Source: a plasmid
Sequence record: NZ_CP044080.1
DNA length: 64,000 nucleotides
Direction: 5' to 3' (one strand)
Below the pieces are notes generated by a model. It had not been told where the DNA came from. It was given only the letters and a program-made list of their open reading frames with translations, and did no database searches. A program made the translations under genes and the position numbers. Of this stretch, positions 19,270-29,275 are shown one piece after another (position 1 is the first letter of the stretch; the number at the start of each line of letters is the position of its first letter).

Positions 19270-20079
19270 ATGGCCGAGAAAGTCGAACTGCACGTCGAGG
19301 ACAGCGGAGGTGCCGGGCGCCCCGTCATCCTGATTCACGGCTGGCCCCTGTCCGGGGCGGCATGGGAAAAGCAGGTGCCCGTCCTGCGCGACGCGGGCTT
19401 TCGTGTCCTGACTTACGACCGGCGCGGCTTTGGTCGGTCCTCGAAGCCCGCCACGGGCTATGATTACGATACACTGACCGCCGACCTGCATCAGGTGATT
19501 CTGGATCGCGACCTGCGCGACGTGACCATCGTCGGCTTTTCCATGGGCGGGGGCGAGGCCGCACGCTATATCCCGAACCACGGCGCGGATCGCGTCCACA
19601 GCCTCGTCTTTGCCGCCGCCGTGCCGCCCTATCTGATGCAGACCGACGACAACCCCGAAGGCCCGCTGACGCCCGAGCAGGCCAAGGCCATGGAGGACGC
19701 GCTGAAGGCGGACCGCGACACCTTCTTCGACAGCTTCACCCAGGATTTCTTCACCGCGAACGAAGAGCTGAAGGTTACCGAAAGCGACCGGCAAAAGGCC
19801 ATCGAACTGGCGCATCAGTCGTCCCAGGTCGCGGCGCTTGGCTGCATGAAGGCCTTCGGCACCACCGATTTCCGCGACGACCTGCGGCAGATCCAGGTGC
19901 CGGTGCTGGTGCTGCACGGCGACGCCGACGGCATCGTGCCGCTCGAGGGCTCGGGCCAACGCACGCACGAGGCGATCCCCGGCAGCGAGCTGGTGGTGAT
20001 CGAGGATGCGCCCCACGGCCTGAACGTCAGTCACCCCGACGAATTCAACGCGGCGCTGCTGGCGTTCCTGCGCCGCTGA
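19270..20079 (+). CDS. Non-heme haloperoxidase / arylesterase-type alpha/beta hydrolase (269 aa)
   Basis: ATG at 19270. VILIHGWPLSGAAWEKQ...GFSMGGGE...HGDAD...PHG matches the non-heme chloroperoxidase (CPO-L/CPO-T) family architecture with a Ser-Asp-His triad. Confidence 0.8.
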   Translation: MAEKVELHVEDSGGAGRPVILIHGWPLSGAAWEKQVPVLRDAGFRVLTYDRRGFGRSSKPATGYDYDTLTADLHQVILDRDLRDVTIVGFSMGGGEAARYIPNHGADRVHSLVFAAAVPPYLMQTDDNPEGPLTPEQAKAMEDALKADRDTFFDSFTQDFFTANEELKVTESDRQKAIELAHQSSQVAALGCMKAFGTTDFRDDLRQIQVPVLVLHGDADGIVPLEGSGQRTHEAIPGSELVVIEDAPHGLNVSHPDEFNAALLAFLRR

Positions 20080-21511
20080 GAAAGGCTGCCGCCAGCGCCA
20101 GGTCGTCCTTGAACTGGCGCGTGGCGACGGCGGCCTGCACGGCATCCGGCAAGCGCAGCAGATAGGCCGGATGCCACGTCGGCAGAATGGCCGGGCCCTG
20201 CCCCCGCTCGATGATCCGGCCGCGCAATTCGCCCATCTTGCCGCTGCGCCCGGTCAGGCCCAGCATGGCTGTCGCCCCCATGGCGACGATCAGGCGGGGG
20301 CGCACCATCCCGATTTCCTGCGTCAGCCACCAGCGGCAATGCGACACCTCGCCCGCGTCGGGTCTTTGGTGAATGCGCCGCTTGCCGCGCGGGGTGAACT
20401 TGAAGTGCTTGACCGCGTTCGTCAGATAGCTCCGGCTTCGGTCGATCCCGGCCCCGGCCAGCGCCAGGTCCAGCACCTGTCCCGCCGGGCCGACGAACGG
20501 CCGGCCGGCCAGATCCTCAAGATCGCCGGGCTGTTCGCCCACGATCATCAGGGCCGCATCCTGCGGCCCCTCGCCCGGCACTGCGCCCGTGGTCTGGGCG
20601 TGAAGCGTGCAGCGCGTGCAGCCCAGCACCCCCGCGCGCAAGCCCGGCCAGCCATCCGGCGCGGGGGGCTCGGCCGGCACCGCACGCCGGGCCCGGATGG
20701 CCGCGTGAAAGGCCGGCGGCACGCGATCCGCCTGCGCCTCCATCCGCGCTACGGCCTCGCCCGCCCCCGCGATCATCTGCGGGATCAGCGCGGCCTCGGG
20801 CAGGTTCTTCCAGTATTTGCGCGGCATTTCGGATTGCATGGCGCGAACCTTCAGCCGGGCGGGGTTGAAGATGGCCCCGAAATAAGTCCGCCACAGGTTT
20901 TCGGTCGGGTCCTCCAACGCAGGCTTTTCGGCGGGAACCTCGTCGGTCCGCAGCTGCCCATCGGCAAAGCCCGCGCGGCCGCGCGGCGTCAGGATCAGCC
21001 AGTCCATGTCGGCAAAGCGGCGCGCGAAAAAGGGCGCGGCACGGGCGACGATATGGTGGTCCGGCTCGAACCAGGCGACAAAGCTGCGCCGCCCGTCCGA
21101 GGGGATTTCCCGAAACCGCACAAAGGCGTGCATCTTGTGGACATCGCGCCGCACGGATTTCACCGCCCGATGCAGCCATTGCACATCGGGGTCGGGCGCG
21201 ACCTCCAGCAGATGCGGCTGATCCTGCAGGCGCCAGAGCAGGCGGTAGAGCATTGCAAACCGACAGGGGTCGCTGTGACACAGCGCGGCCTCCAGCAGGT
21301 CGGGAAAGCGACGCGGAACCCGCGCGGGAACCGCGCCGGCGCCTGGCCGCGGCAGCGCATCGCCGGCGCCGGCGCCGGCGCCGAACAGATCGCCCGCAGC
21401 CGCCACGCTCCAATCGACATCCCCGGGGGCCACGCCCGCCAGCACCAGCGCCCGTGCCGCGTCGCGCCATTCCCGCGCATCGGTCTGCGAGGACAGCGCG
21501 ACGCGCAGCAT
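20045..21511 (-). CDS. DUF4130 domain + family-4 uracil-DNA-glycosylase-like domain protein (the 'probable DNA metabolism protein' partner of the radical-SAM enzyme), 488 aa
   Basis: ATG at 21511 (MLRVALSSQTDAREW...). The C-terminal half is UDG family 4-like (GEGPQDAALMIVGEQPGDLEDLAGRPFVGPAGQVLD...HPAYLLR). The start overlaps the stop of the radical-SAM gene as ATGA. The 3-prime end overlaps the convergent haloperoxidase gene by 35 bp. Confidence 0.75.
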   Translation of the reverse strand: MLRVALSSQTDAREWRDAARALVLAGVAPGDVDWSVAAAGDLFGAGAGAGDALPRPGAGAVPARVPRRFPDLLEAALCHSDPCRFAMLYRLLWRLQDQPHLLEVAPDPDVQWLHRAVKSVRRDVHKMHAFVRFREIPSDGRRSFVAWFEPDHHIVARAAPFFARRFADMDWLILTPRGRAGFADGQLRTDEVPAEKPALEDPTENLWRTYFGAIFNPARLKVRAMQSEMPRKYWKNLPEAALIPQMIAGAGEAVARMEAQADRVPPAFHAAIRARRAVPAEPPAPDGWPGLRAGVLGCTRCTLHAQTTGAVPGEGPQDAALMIVGEQPGDLEDLAGRPFVGPAGQVLDLALAGAGIDRSRSYLTNAVKHFKFTPRGKRRIHQRPDAGEVSHCRWWLTQEIGMVRPRLIVAMGATAMLGLTGRSGKMGELRGRIIERGQGPAILPTWHPAYLLRLPDAVQAAVATRQFKDDLALAAAFLSGAGTPAAPR

Positions 21512-22737
21512 CACAGCAACGCAAGCTGCCGGGGCGGCGGCGCGAACAGCGTCCGCAGGTCGGCGCGGTCGATCAGCCGCAGGGGCGACCAGCCCGCGGC
21601 CGAGACGAACGGACGCAGCTTCTTCACCGAGACCCGCATCCGCCCCAGGTCGTCCAGCGTCAGGCTGCGGTGGCGGCGCGCGGCCAGGATGGCATCGACG
21701 GTCCTGGTGCCCAGCCCCGGCACCCGCAGCAGCATCTCGCGCGGGGCGCGGTTCACGTCGACGGGGAAATCCGCGCGATGCGCCAGCGCCCAGGCAAGCT
21801 TTGGGTCCAGGTCCAGGTCCAGCATCCCATCGGGCCGAGCCGAGGTGATCTCGTCGATGGAGAAGCCGTAAAAGCGGTACAGCCAGTCGGCCTGATACAG
21901 GCGGTGTTCGCGCATCAGCGGCGGCTTGGCGGGCGGCAGCCGGGTCGAGGCATCCGGGATCGGGCTGAACGCCGAATAATAGACCCGCTTCAGCCCATAG
22001 CTGCTGTAAAGCCGCGCGCTGGACCCCAGGATCGTCGAATCGCTCGCCCCGTCCGCGCCGACGATCATCTGCGTCGACTGGCCCGCCGGGGCAAAGCGCT
22101 TGCGCCGTCCGGTGTGGGTCGGCTCGGCCCCCGCCTCGATGCGCAGACGCAGGTCGCCCATGGCGCGGCGGATCTGGCCCGGCTGCTTTTCCGGCGCGAA
22201 GTCGGCAATGCCCGCATCTGTCGGCAGTTCGATGTTGATCGACAGCCGGTCGGCGTAAAGTCCCGCCTCGTCGATCAGTGCGCCCGAGGCCTCGGGGATG
22301 GTTTTCAGGTGGATATAGCCCTTGAACCCGTGCTTTTGCCGCAAGTCGCGGGCGATGCGCACCATCTGTTCCATCGTGTGATCGGGCGAGCGCGCGATCC
22401 CCGAGCTTAGGAACAGCCCCTCGATGTAGTTGCGGCGATAGAACTCCAGCACCAGCCAGACCACCTCGTCGGGGGTAAAGCGCGCCCGCGCCACATTGCT
22501 GGAACTGCGATTGATGCAATAGGCGCAATCATAGATGCAGAAATTCGTCAGCAGGATTTTCAGCAGCGAGATGCAGCGCCCGTCCGGCGCATAGGCATGG
22601 CAGATCCCCATCCCCTCGGTCGAGCCGATGCCACCTTGCCGCGCATCGCGCCGCTCGCTCCCGCTCGAGGCGCAAGAGGCGTCGTATTTGGCCGCGTCGG
22701 CCAGAATCGCCAGTCGCTGCTGCAGATCCCGTTTCAT
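21511..22737 (-). CDS. Putative DNA modification/repair radical SAM protein (408 aa)
   Basis: ATG at 22737. CxxxCxxC radical-SAM cluster motif (NFCIYDCAYCINR). Further downstream it has a helix-hairpin-helix-like region (LLRVPGLGTRTVDAILAARR). This is the conserved partner of the DUF4130/UDG-like gene. Confidence 0.8.
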   Translation of the reverse strand: MKRDLQQRLAILADAAKYDASCASSGSERRDARQGGIGSTEGMGICHAYAPDGRCISLLKILLTNFCIYDCAYCINRSSSNVARARFTPDEVVWLVLEFYRRNYIEGLFLSSGIARSPDHTMEQMVRIARDLRQKHGFKGYIHLKTIPEASGALIDEAGLYADRLSINIELPTDAGIADFAPEKQPGQIRRAMGDLRLRIEAGAEPTHTGRRKRFAPAGQSTQMIVGADGASDSTILGSSARLYSSYGLKRVYYSAFSPIPDASTRLPPAKPPLMREHRLYQADWLYRFYGFSIDEITSARPDGMLDLDLDPKLAWALAHRADFPVDVNRAPREMLLRVPGLGTRTVDAILAARRHRSLTLDDLGRMRVSVKKLRPFVSAAGWSPLRLIDRADLRTLFAPPPRQLALL

Positions 22738-22741
22738 ACAT

Positions 22742-22756
22742 GTTCTATAAATGTTC
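22742..22756. promoter_or_regulatory. Putative alphaproteobacterial LexA (SOS) box, GTTCN7GTTC
   Basis: The plus-strand sequence GTTCTATAAATGTTC is a perfect direct repeat GTTC-N7-GTTC, 5 nt from the radical-SAM ATG. Confidence 0.5.
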
Positions 22757-22916
22757 TGGCGCCTGCGATCAACCGTCTTTCAGAATCTGGACCGGGCAGT
22801 TCAAATGCCACGCAGTCGGGCCTTGAGCAGGGCGATGGGTTATTATATCAATACCGACGCGCTCTGTTTCACCGTCGTCCGTTCTCCCGTCCCCGGCGCA
22901 AGCGACCCGTGGAGAG

Positions 22917-23567
22917 ATGATGACCCAACAGGACAGGGCCCCGGCCGACCGGGCCCATGACCCAGCCAGCGGCACGGCCTTTGCCCATGCCATCGAGGCG
23001 GCAGGCCGGCTTGCCGCGCAGGATGGCAACATTCCCTCGCTGGACCGGATCGCCGCCGACCTCGGGATGGAGACCGCTGCGCTTCTGGCCGTGGTCGGCT
23101 CCGAAGATCAGCTTCATCGGGCCATCGCGCAGAACGCCTTCGTGCTGCTGAACGACCAACTGGTGCGCAAGGTCGTCCAGGTGGGCGAATCCGACGTCTT
23201 GGGCCAGTTCGAGGCGATTGCCGATGCCTATGTCGAATGGGCCTGCGACCATCCCGCCGCCTTCCACATCATTGCCATGATGCCGGCCAGGGAGTTCAGC
23301 CAGGACGCGGGGCTGGCCCGGTATGAACAGTCCATCCACGATCTGATGCTGCGGCTGCTGCGCCAGGCGCAGGCCCTGGACCTGCTCGCCCCCGACGAGG
23401 ATCTCGAGATGCTGGTCGCCCTTGCCCATGTCTGCGCCTATGGCGCGGCCAGCCGGATGCTGTCCGGCGATCTGCAGCGCTGGCTGCCCGATCACGACGC
23501 CCGCACCGGCGCGCGCAAGGCGATGTCGGTCTTCACCCGCAAGGTCCTGCGGCCTCCGGCCCCCTAG
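22917..23567 (+). CDS. TetR/AcrR-like transcriptional regulator (216 aa)
   Basis: ATG at 22917 or 22920, preceded by GGAGAG. The N-terminal region PSLDRIAADLGMETAALLAVVGSEDQL resembles a TetR HTH. The family call is moderately supported. Confidence 0.5.
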   Translation: MMTQQDRAPADRAHDPASGTAFAHAIEAAGRLAAQDGNIPSLDRIAADLGMETAALLAVVGSEDQLHRAIAQNAFVLLNDQLVRKVVQVGESDVLGQFEAIADAYVEWACDHPAAFHIIAMMPAREFSQDAGLARYEQSIHDLMLRLLRQAQALDLLAPDEDLEMLVALAHVCAYGAASRMLSGDLQRWLPDHDARTGARKAMSVFTRKVLRPPAP

Positions 23568-23571
23568 GCGC

Positions 23572-24369
23572 TCACCTCATCATGTGCTCGACCTCCGGCG
23601 CGGCGACGAAGCGCCAGGCCCTTTTCGGTCCTGCCATGACGTTGAGGTAGTAGAGTTCGAAGCCATGGGGGGCGCCGCAGGGGTGATGGCCGCGCGGCAC
23701 CAGGGCGACGTCGCCGTCCCTGACCGCCATCACCTCGTCCAGGGACCCGTCGTCGGTATAGACGCGCTGCACCGCCCAGCCGTCCCTCGGGTTCAGGCGG
23801 TGGTAGTAGGTCTCCTCCAGATAGGTGATGCGGGGGAAATCGTCCTCGTCATGGCGGTGGCTCGGATAGGACGACCAGTTGCCCGCGGGGGTGAAGACCT
23901 CGGTCACCAGCAGGCTGTCGCAGACATCCTCCGCCTCCATGGCGATGTTGTTGATGAAGCGGGTGTTCGGCCCCTCGCCGCGCTGGGTCAGGCTGATGCC
24001 GTCCGGTCCGATGCGGCGCGCGGCATGCCCGCCCGTGCCGGGGGCCGAGCAGACCGCGATCACGCAGTCGGTCCGGGCCTCGGCGCGCCAGTCCTGGCCG
24101 GGGGGCACATACAGGCAATGCGGCGGCGTCCTCTCGAAGACATCCATGCGGTCCCCCAAGACGCCCCAGTCCTGCCCCGCGGCATGGACACCGGCCTTGC
24201 CCTCGACCATGACCAGGATGACCTCGCGCCCGCCGGTCGCCTCGGCCGCAACCTCGCCCACCCGCAACCGGTAAAGCGAAAAGCCGACATAGCGCCAGCC
24301 TGCCGATTGTGGGGTGATCTCGTGCACCTTGCCGTGGCTGCCGAAGGGTCTGCGCAACAGCGTGTTCAT
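23572..24369 (-). CDS. iolB: 5-deoxy-glucuronate isomerase IolB
   Basis: ATG at 24369 with a GAGGAAGGA RBS. The cupin-type IolB sequence (...FTPAGNWSSYPSHRHD...YYHRL...) is typical. Confidence 0.85.
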   Translation of the reverse strand: MNTLLRRPFGSHGKVHEITPQSAGWRYVGFSLYRLRVGEVAAEATGGREVILVMVEGKAGVHAAGQDWGVLGDRMDVFERTPPHCLYVPPGQDWRAEARTDCVIAVCSAPGTGGHAARRIGPDGISLTQRGEGPNTRFINNIAMEAEDVCDSLLVTEVFTPAGNWSSYPSHRHDEDDFPRITYLEETYYHRLNPRDGWAVQRVYTDDGSLDEVMAVRDGDVALVPRGHHPCGAPHGFELYYLNVMAGPKRAWRFVAAPEVEHMMR

Positions 24370-24392
24370 CGTCCGGTCCTTCCTCGTTGTCG

Positions 24393-24453
24393 AAATACCC
24401 CGGAGGGGAGGCGCCGCGCATCGCGCGATGCCGTGGGGAGGCAGCGCCTCCCC
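24393..24453. repeat. REP-like intergenic element, copy A: AAATACCCCGG followed by a G-rich hairpin GGGGAGGC-AGC-GCCTCCCC and the nested palindrome GCATCGCGCGATGC
   Basis: The same module, AAATACCCCGG plus a GGGGRGGCAGCGCCYCCCC stem-loop, recurs at 27313..27348. Both copies sit in short intercistronic gaps of the iol operon. Confidence 0.35.
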
Positions 24454-24487
24454 GCCCGCCGCGGACGCGGCGCAAGCATCGCGGCCC

Positions 24488-25399
24488 TCAGGCGGCCACG
24501 GTCTGGTCCAGCCCGGCCTCGCGCGCCGCGGCCTTCAGCGCCTTCAGGCCCATCGACTGATACTCCAGCGGGTTGCGCAGATCGGGGTCCTGCTCGGCCT
24601 CGATCACCAGCCAGCCGTCATAGCCCGCCCCGGCCAGGATCCGCAGCAGGGGCACGAAGTCGATGGCCCCTTCGGGATCGCCCGGCACGGTAAAGGCCCC
24701 GGCCAGGACGCCCTGCAGGAACGACAGCCCCTCGGCCCGCACCCGCGCCGTCACCGCGGGGCGGATGTTCTTGGCATGGAAATGCGCGACCCGGGACGCG
24801 TGGCGCGCCAGCACCGCCGCGGGGTCGCCGCCGCCGAAGGTGCAATGGCCGGCGTCGAACAGCAGATGCGTGGCCGGGCCGGTCGCGGCCATGAAGGCGT
24901 CGATCTCCTCGGGGCTTTCCACCACGGTGCCCATGTGGTGGTGATAGGCGAGCCGGATCCCCTGCCCCGCCAGATAGGCCGCAAAGGCCTCGACCTTCGC
25001 GCCGAAGTCCGCCATCTCGGCCGCGGTCAGCCGCGGCCGGTCGTTCACCGCCACATCGGGACGCCCGTGCACCGTGTTCGAACATTCGCAGGCGATGCAG
25101 ACCGTGCAGCCATTGGCCTTGAGCTTGGCCAAATGCCCCTGCACGGCGGCGATCTCCTCCTCGACCGAGCGGGTCAGCAATTCCGTCGAATACCAGCCCG
25201 AGACGAAGACCAGCCCATAGCGGCCCAAGAGCGCCTTGAGCGCCTGCGGGTCGTCGGGCCAGCGATGGCCGTTCTCGATGCCGTCGAAGCCGATGACCTC
25301 GCCCGCCTCGTGCAGGATCTGTTCGGTCGGGATATGGGCGCCGATCGACGGATCGTCGTCATTGGCCCAGGCGATGGGATTGGTGCCATAGCGGATCAT
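24488..25399 (-). CDS. iolE: Myo-inosose-2 dehydratase IolE (xylose-isomerase-like TIM barrel)
   Basis: ATG at 25399 with an [21 protein letters not shown]... The upstream in-frame extension in the ORF track (24488..26119) is junk. Confidence 0.85.
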   Translation of the reverse strand: MIRYGTNPIAWANDDDPSIGAHIPTEQILHEAGEVIGFDGIENGHRWPDDPQALKALLGRYGLVFVSGWYSTELLTRSVEEEIAAVQGHLAKLKANGCTVCIACECSNTVHGRPDVAVNDRPRLTAAEMADFGAKVEAFAAYLAGQGIRLAYHHHMGTVVESPEEIDAFMAATGPATHLLFDAGHCTFGGGDPAAVLARHASRVAHFHAKNIRPAVTARVRAEGLSFLQGVLAGAFTVPGDPEGAIDFVPLLRILAGAGYDGWLVIEAEQDPDLRNPLEYQSMGLKALKAAAREAGLDQTVAA

Positions 25400-25410
25400 G
25401 GGATTTCCTT

Positions 25411-27264
25411 TCAATTCGCGGTCGCCTGTTTCCTGGCGTTTTCGATGTATCGGGCATGGGCGTCGCGCAGGCTGTCGTGATCGCTCACCTCGGGCACGGC
25501 GACATCCCACCAGTGGCCGGCGCCCTCCAGCCCGTCGCCCGGGCCGGGGGCGGCGGTGGTGTCGATGACGATGACCGTGGGGATGGCGCGAGAGCGCGCC
25601 TCGGCGATCTCGGCCTCCAGGTCGGCGATGCTGCCGGCCTTGACCGCATGGGCGCCCATGGATGCGGCATGGGCGACATAGTCGATCTGCGGCTGCGCCT
25701 CGACGGCGCAGTCGACATACATGTTGTTGAAGGCCGCGCCGCCGGTCCCGGCCTGCAGGCGGTTGATGCAGCCATAGCCGCGGTTGTCGGTCAGGACCAC
25801 GGTAAAGGGCACCCGCCGCATCACCGCCGTCGCCAGCTCGCTGTTGGCCATCATGTAGCTGCCGTCGCCGACGAAGCAGACCACCTCGCGGTCGGGTCGC
25901 GCCAGCTTCAGCCCCAGGGCCCCCGCGATCTCGTAGCCCATGCAGGAATAGCCGTATTCCATGTGATAGCCGCCCTGGGCGGGCTGCCACAGCAGCTTCA
26001 ACGCGCCCGGCATGGTGCCCGCCGCGCACATCGCGACGGCCTCGGGGGCGGCGCGCTGCACCGCGCCGATCACCTGGGCGTCGGTCGGCAGGGCACCCTC
26101 GCCGGCGGGCGCCGCGCAATGGGCATCGACCGCCGCCAGCCAGGCCGCGCGACCCGCGCCGTCGAAAGCGACGCGATGATCGCCCAAGGCCGCCGACAGC
26201 TTCTCCAGCGCCACCCTGGCATCCGAGACCAGCGTCACCGCGCCATGCTTGGCCGCGTCATAGCCCTGCACGTTCACCGACACCAGCCGCCCGGAAAACA
26301 GCGTGCGCGAGCCGGTGGTGAAGTCCTGCAGCCTTGTGCCCACCCCGATCACCAGATCCGCCGCGGCGAGCGCCGCATTGGCCGCGGCCGAGCCGTCGAC
26401 CCCCGCCGCGCCCAGGTTCAGCGGATGGGCCTGGGCCAGGGCCGACTTGCCGGCCTGGGTCTCGGTGACGGGAATGCCATGGCGGGTGGCAAAGGTCGCC
26501 AGCACGTCCTCGGCCCCGGAATAGATCACGCCCCCGCCGCAGACGATGACCGGCGCCGTCGCCGCCCGGATCAGCCCGGCGACCTCGGCCAGCTCGGCCG
26601 CATCCGGCTCGGGCCGGCGGATGCGCCAGACCCGCTCGGCAAAGAAATCCTCGGGCCAGTCGAACGCCTCGGCCTGCACGTCCTGGCAAAAGGCCAGGCA
26701 GACCGGCCCGCAGTCCGCCGGATCGGTCATCACCCGCAGCGCGCGCGGCAGCGCCGACAGCAACTGCTCGGGCCGCTGGATGCGGTCGAAATAGCGCACC
26801 ACCGGACGGAAGCAGTCATTGGCGCTGACCGTGCCGTCGCCGAAATCCTCGACCTGCTGCAAGACCGGATCGGGCCGCCTGCTAGCGAAGACATCGCCCG
26901 CGATGAACAGCACCGGCAGCCGGTTCACATGCGCCAGCGCCGCCGCCGTCACCATATTCGTGGCCCCCGGCCCGATGGAACTGGTCACCGCATGGGCCCG
27001 CCTGCGCGCCTTGGCCTTGGCCCAGGCGATGGCGGCATGGGCCATGCTCTGCTCGTTCTGGCCGCGCCAGGTCGGAAAGGGCGTGTTGCCGCACAGCGTG
27101 CCGTGCTGGCCCTGGTGCAGCGCCTCACCGATGCCGGCCACGTTGCCATGGCCGAAGATCGCCCAACAGCCCTCGACGAAACGCTCGCCCTCGTCGGTCA
27201 TCTGCATCGACAGCCAGCGCACCATCGCCTGCGCCGCCGTCAGCCGGATCGTCCCGCCATTCAT
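25411..27264 (-). CDS. iolD: 3D-(3,5/4)-trihydroxycyclohexane-1,2-dione hydrolase IolD (ThDP-dependent)
   Basis: ATG at 27264 with a GGGAGG RBS. ThDP-binding motif GDGSYMM...N and acetolactate-synthase-like architecture. Confidence 0.85.
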   Translation of the reverse strand: MNGGTIRLTAAQAMVRWLSMQMTDEGERFVEGCWAIFGHGNVAGIGEALHQGQHGTLCGNTPFPTWRGQNEQSMAHAAIAWAKAKARRRAHAVTSSIGPGATNMVTAAALAHVNRLPVLFIAGDVFASRRPDPVLQQVEDFGDGTVSANDCFRPVVRYFDRIQRPEQLLSALPRALRVMTDPADCGPVCLAFCQDVQAEAFDWPEDFFAERVWRIRRPEPDAAELAEVAGLIRAATAPVIVCGGGVIYSGAEDVLATFATRHGIPVTETQAGKSALAQAHPLNLGAAGVDGSAAANAALAAADLVIGVGTRLQDFTTGSRTLFSGRLVSVNVQGYDAAKHGAVTLVSDARVALEKLSAALGDHRVAFDGAGRAAWLAAVDAHCAAPAGEGALPTDAQVIGAVQRAAPEAVAMCAAGTMPGALKLLWQPAQGGYHMEYGYSCMGYEIAGALGLKLARPDREVVCFVGDGSYMMANSELATAVMRRVPFTVVLTDNRGYGCINRLQAGTGGAAFNNMYVDCAVEAQPQIDYVAHAASMGAHAVKAGSIADLEAEIAEARSRAIPTVIVIDTTAAPGPGDGLEGAGHWWDVAVPEVSDHDSLRDAHARYIENARKQATAN

Positions 27265-27312
27265 GCCTTGCCTCCCGGACGCGCGCGGCGCCCCTGTCCT
27301 TCATCGTTTCCC

Positions 27313-27348
27313 AAATACCCCGGGGGGTGCGGGGGGCAGCGCCCCCCG
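27313..27348. repeat. REP-like intergenic element, copy B: AAATACCCCGG followed by the hairpin CGGGGGG-CAGCG-CCCCCCG
   Basis: It shares the AAATACCCCGG module and a G-rich stem-loop with CAGCG in the loop with the copy at 24393..24453. Confidence 0.35.
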
Positions 27349-27352
27349 TCCG

Positions 27353-29275
27353 TCACGCGGCCACCCGCGCCCCGGCCCGGGCCTTGTCCCAAAGGCCGCT
27401 CAGCCGGGCAAAGCGCGCCGCCATCTCCTCGACCGCCGCCTCGTCGCCGATCTTCCCCGCCAGCCAGTCCCGCGCCACCGTGCCAAAGATCGTGCGCCCG
27501 ACGGCAAAGCCGCGCACCAGCGGAAAGGCCGCCGCGACCGCAAAGCTCGCCGCCAGCTCCGCCTCGGGCGCATCCAGGCCCAGCACCACGATGCCACGGG
27601 TATGGCGGTCGTGATCCTCGATCGCGGCCACCGCCTTGGCCCAGGCGGCCGGCGTCCGCATCGGCTCGAGCTTCCACCAGTCGGGATAGACCCCCGCGGC
27701 GTAAAACTGCCGGATCAGCGTGGCGGTCGTGTCGTCATCGACCGGGCCCACCTTCGAGGGAATGATCTCCAGCAGGAACTCCAGCCCGTTCCGGCGCGCC
27801 GCCGCAAACAGCCGCTTGAGCGTCGCCTCCTGATCCGCGCGCAGGGCCGCGTCGTCGTCCGGGTGGCAGAAGCACAGGACCTTGACCACGTTCTCGCGCG
27901 CCCAGGCCTCCAACCCGCCGCAATCGGGCCCCAGCGCCGGCTCCAGCGCCAGCGGGCGCGAGCCCGGCCATTCGCAGGGCCGCCCGATCCAGAGCCCGCT
28001 GCCCGAGGCCGCATGCAGCGCCCGCCGCCCGATGCGGTCGTCGCAGAGGATCCCATAGCCCGGCCGGCCGTCCGCCACCCGCAGCGCCGCCTGCAGGCAC
28101 AGCTCCTTGAAGGCGCCGCCCTGCTCGGGGCTGTAGCCCGGCATCGCCTCGAGCTGGGCGCGGTGGTCGAAGGCGAACACCCGCATCGTGGACCAGTCGC
28201 CGCCGTGGTTGCGGGCGCGGTTCGTCGACCAGTGGATCTGCTCGAGTTCGGGATCGTTGCGCAGGTCCGGCCGCACCACCCCGCGCCGCAGGAAGAACTG
28301 CAGTTCCTCGAGGCTCGGGTAGGCCGGCGTGCAGCCGTGGCGGCTGACCGCGAAGGCGCCGCAGGCATTGGCGTATTCCAGCGCCCGGGGCCAGCTCTCG
28401 CCGTCCAGCCAGCCCTTCAGCAGCCCCGAAAAGAACCCGTCGCCGGCGCCCAGCACGTTGAACACCTCGATCGGAAAGCCGGGGCCGGTCTCGCCGTCGT
28501 CCAGGCTCGCGGGAATCGCGCCCTCGAAGGCCACCGCCCCCCTGGCGCCGCGCTTGCAGACCAGCGTGGCGTCCGACACGGCCCGCACCGCGCGCAAGGC
28601 CGCGATGGTGTCCGTGCTGCCGCCGGCGATGTGGAACTCCTCCTCGGTGCCGACGATCAGGTCGAAGAAATGCAGCGTCGCTTGCAGCTTCGCCGTCACC
28701 GCGGCGCTTTCGACGAAGCGGCTCTCGCCCGCGCCGTGGCCTGCCACACCCCAGAGGTTCGGGCGATAGTCGATATCCAGCGCCGTCCGCGCCCCGTGCT
28801 TGCGGGCCAGGTCCAGCGCCCGGATCACCGCGGCCTCGGTCCGGGGGTTCGACAGATGCGTCCCCGTCGCCAGCACGCTCCGCGTCTCGGCGATCAACCC
28901 CTCGTCGATGTCGTCCTCGCACAAGGCCATGTCGGCGCAGTTCTCGCGATAGAAGATCAGCGGAAAGCTGTCCTCGTCGCGGATCCCCAGGATCACCAGC
29001 GCGGTCAGCCGCTCGGGGTCGGTCGCGACGCCCCGCACATCGACCCCCTCGCGCACCAGCTGCTCGCGGATGAAGCGGCCCATGTGCTCGTCGCCCACCC
29101 GCGTGATCAGCCCCGACCTGAGCCCCAGACGCGCCGTCCCGCAGGCGATGTTCGTGGGACTGCCCCCGATATACTTCGCAAACGACCCCATGTCCTCAAG
29201 CCGGCTCCCGACCTGCTGGCCATACAAATCAACCCCCGCACGGCCAATCGTGATAACGTCAAGCAGCTTCGTCAT
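27353..29275 (-). CDS. iolC: 5-dehydro-2-deoxygluconokinase IolC with a C-terminal DUF2090 domain (bifunctional alphaproteobacterial type, 640 aa)
   Basis: ATG at 29275 ([19 protein letters not shown]...). It has a PfkB ribokinase-like N-terminal half (GAGD motif) and a long C-terminal extension, as in rhizobial IolC. Confidence 0.8.
   Translation of the reverse strand: MTKLLDVITIGRAGVDLYGQQVGSRLEDMGSFAKYIGGSPTNIACGTARLGLRSGLITRVGDEHMGRFIREQLVREGVDVRGVATDPERLTALVILGIRDEDSFPLIFYRENCADMALCEDDIDEGLIAETRSVLATGTHLSNPRTEAAVIRALDLARKHGARTALDIDYRPNLWGVAGHGAGESRFVESAAVTAKLQATLHFFDLIVGTEEEFHIAGGSTDTIAALRAVRAVSDATLVCKRGARGAVAFEGAIPASLDDGETGPGFPIEVFNVLGAGDGFFSGLLKGWLDGESWPRALEYANACGAFAVSRHGCTPAYPSLEELQFFLRRGVVRPDLRNDPELEQIHWSTNRARNHGGDWSTMRVFAFDHRAQLEAMPGYSPEQGGAFKELCLQAALRVADGRPGYGILCDDRIGRRALHAASGSGLWIGRPCEWPGSRPLALEPALGPDCGGLEAWARENVVKVLCFCHPDDDAALRADQEATLKRLFAAARRNGLEFLLEIIPSKVGPVDDDTTATLIRQFYAAGVYPDWWKLEPMRTPAAWAKAVAAIEDHDRHTRGIVVLGLDAPEAELAASFAVAAAFPLVRGFAVGRTIFGTVARDWLAGKIGDEAAVEEMAARFARLSGLWDKARAGARVAA

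Noticed and set aside
20045-22528. Single 827-aa ORF reported in the track
   Set aside because: I split it into two genes. The radical SAM gene is in a different frame and ends at 21511 with an ATGA overlap. The portion of this frame upstream of 21511 overlaps the radical-SAM gene and is not protein-like.
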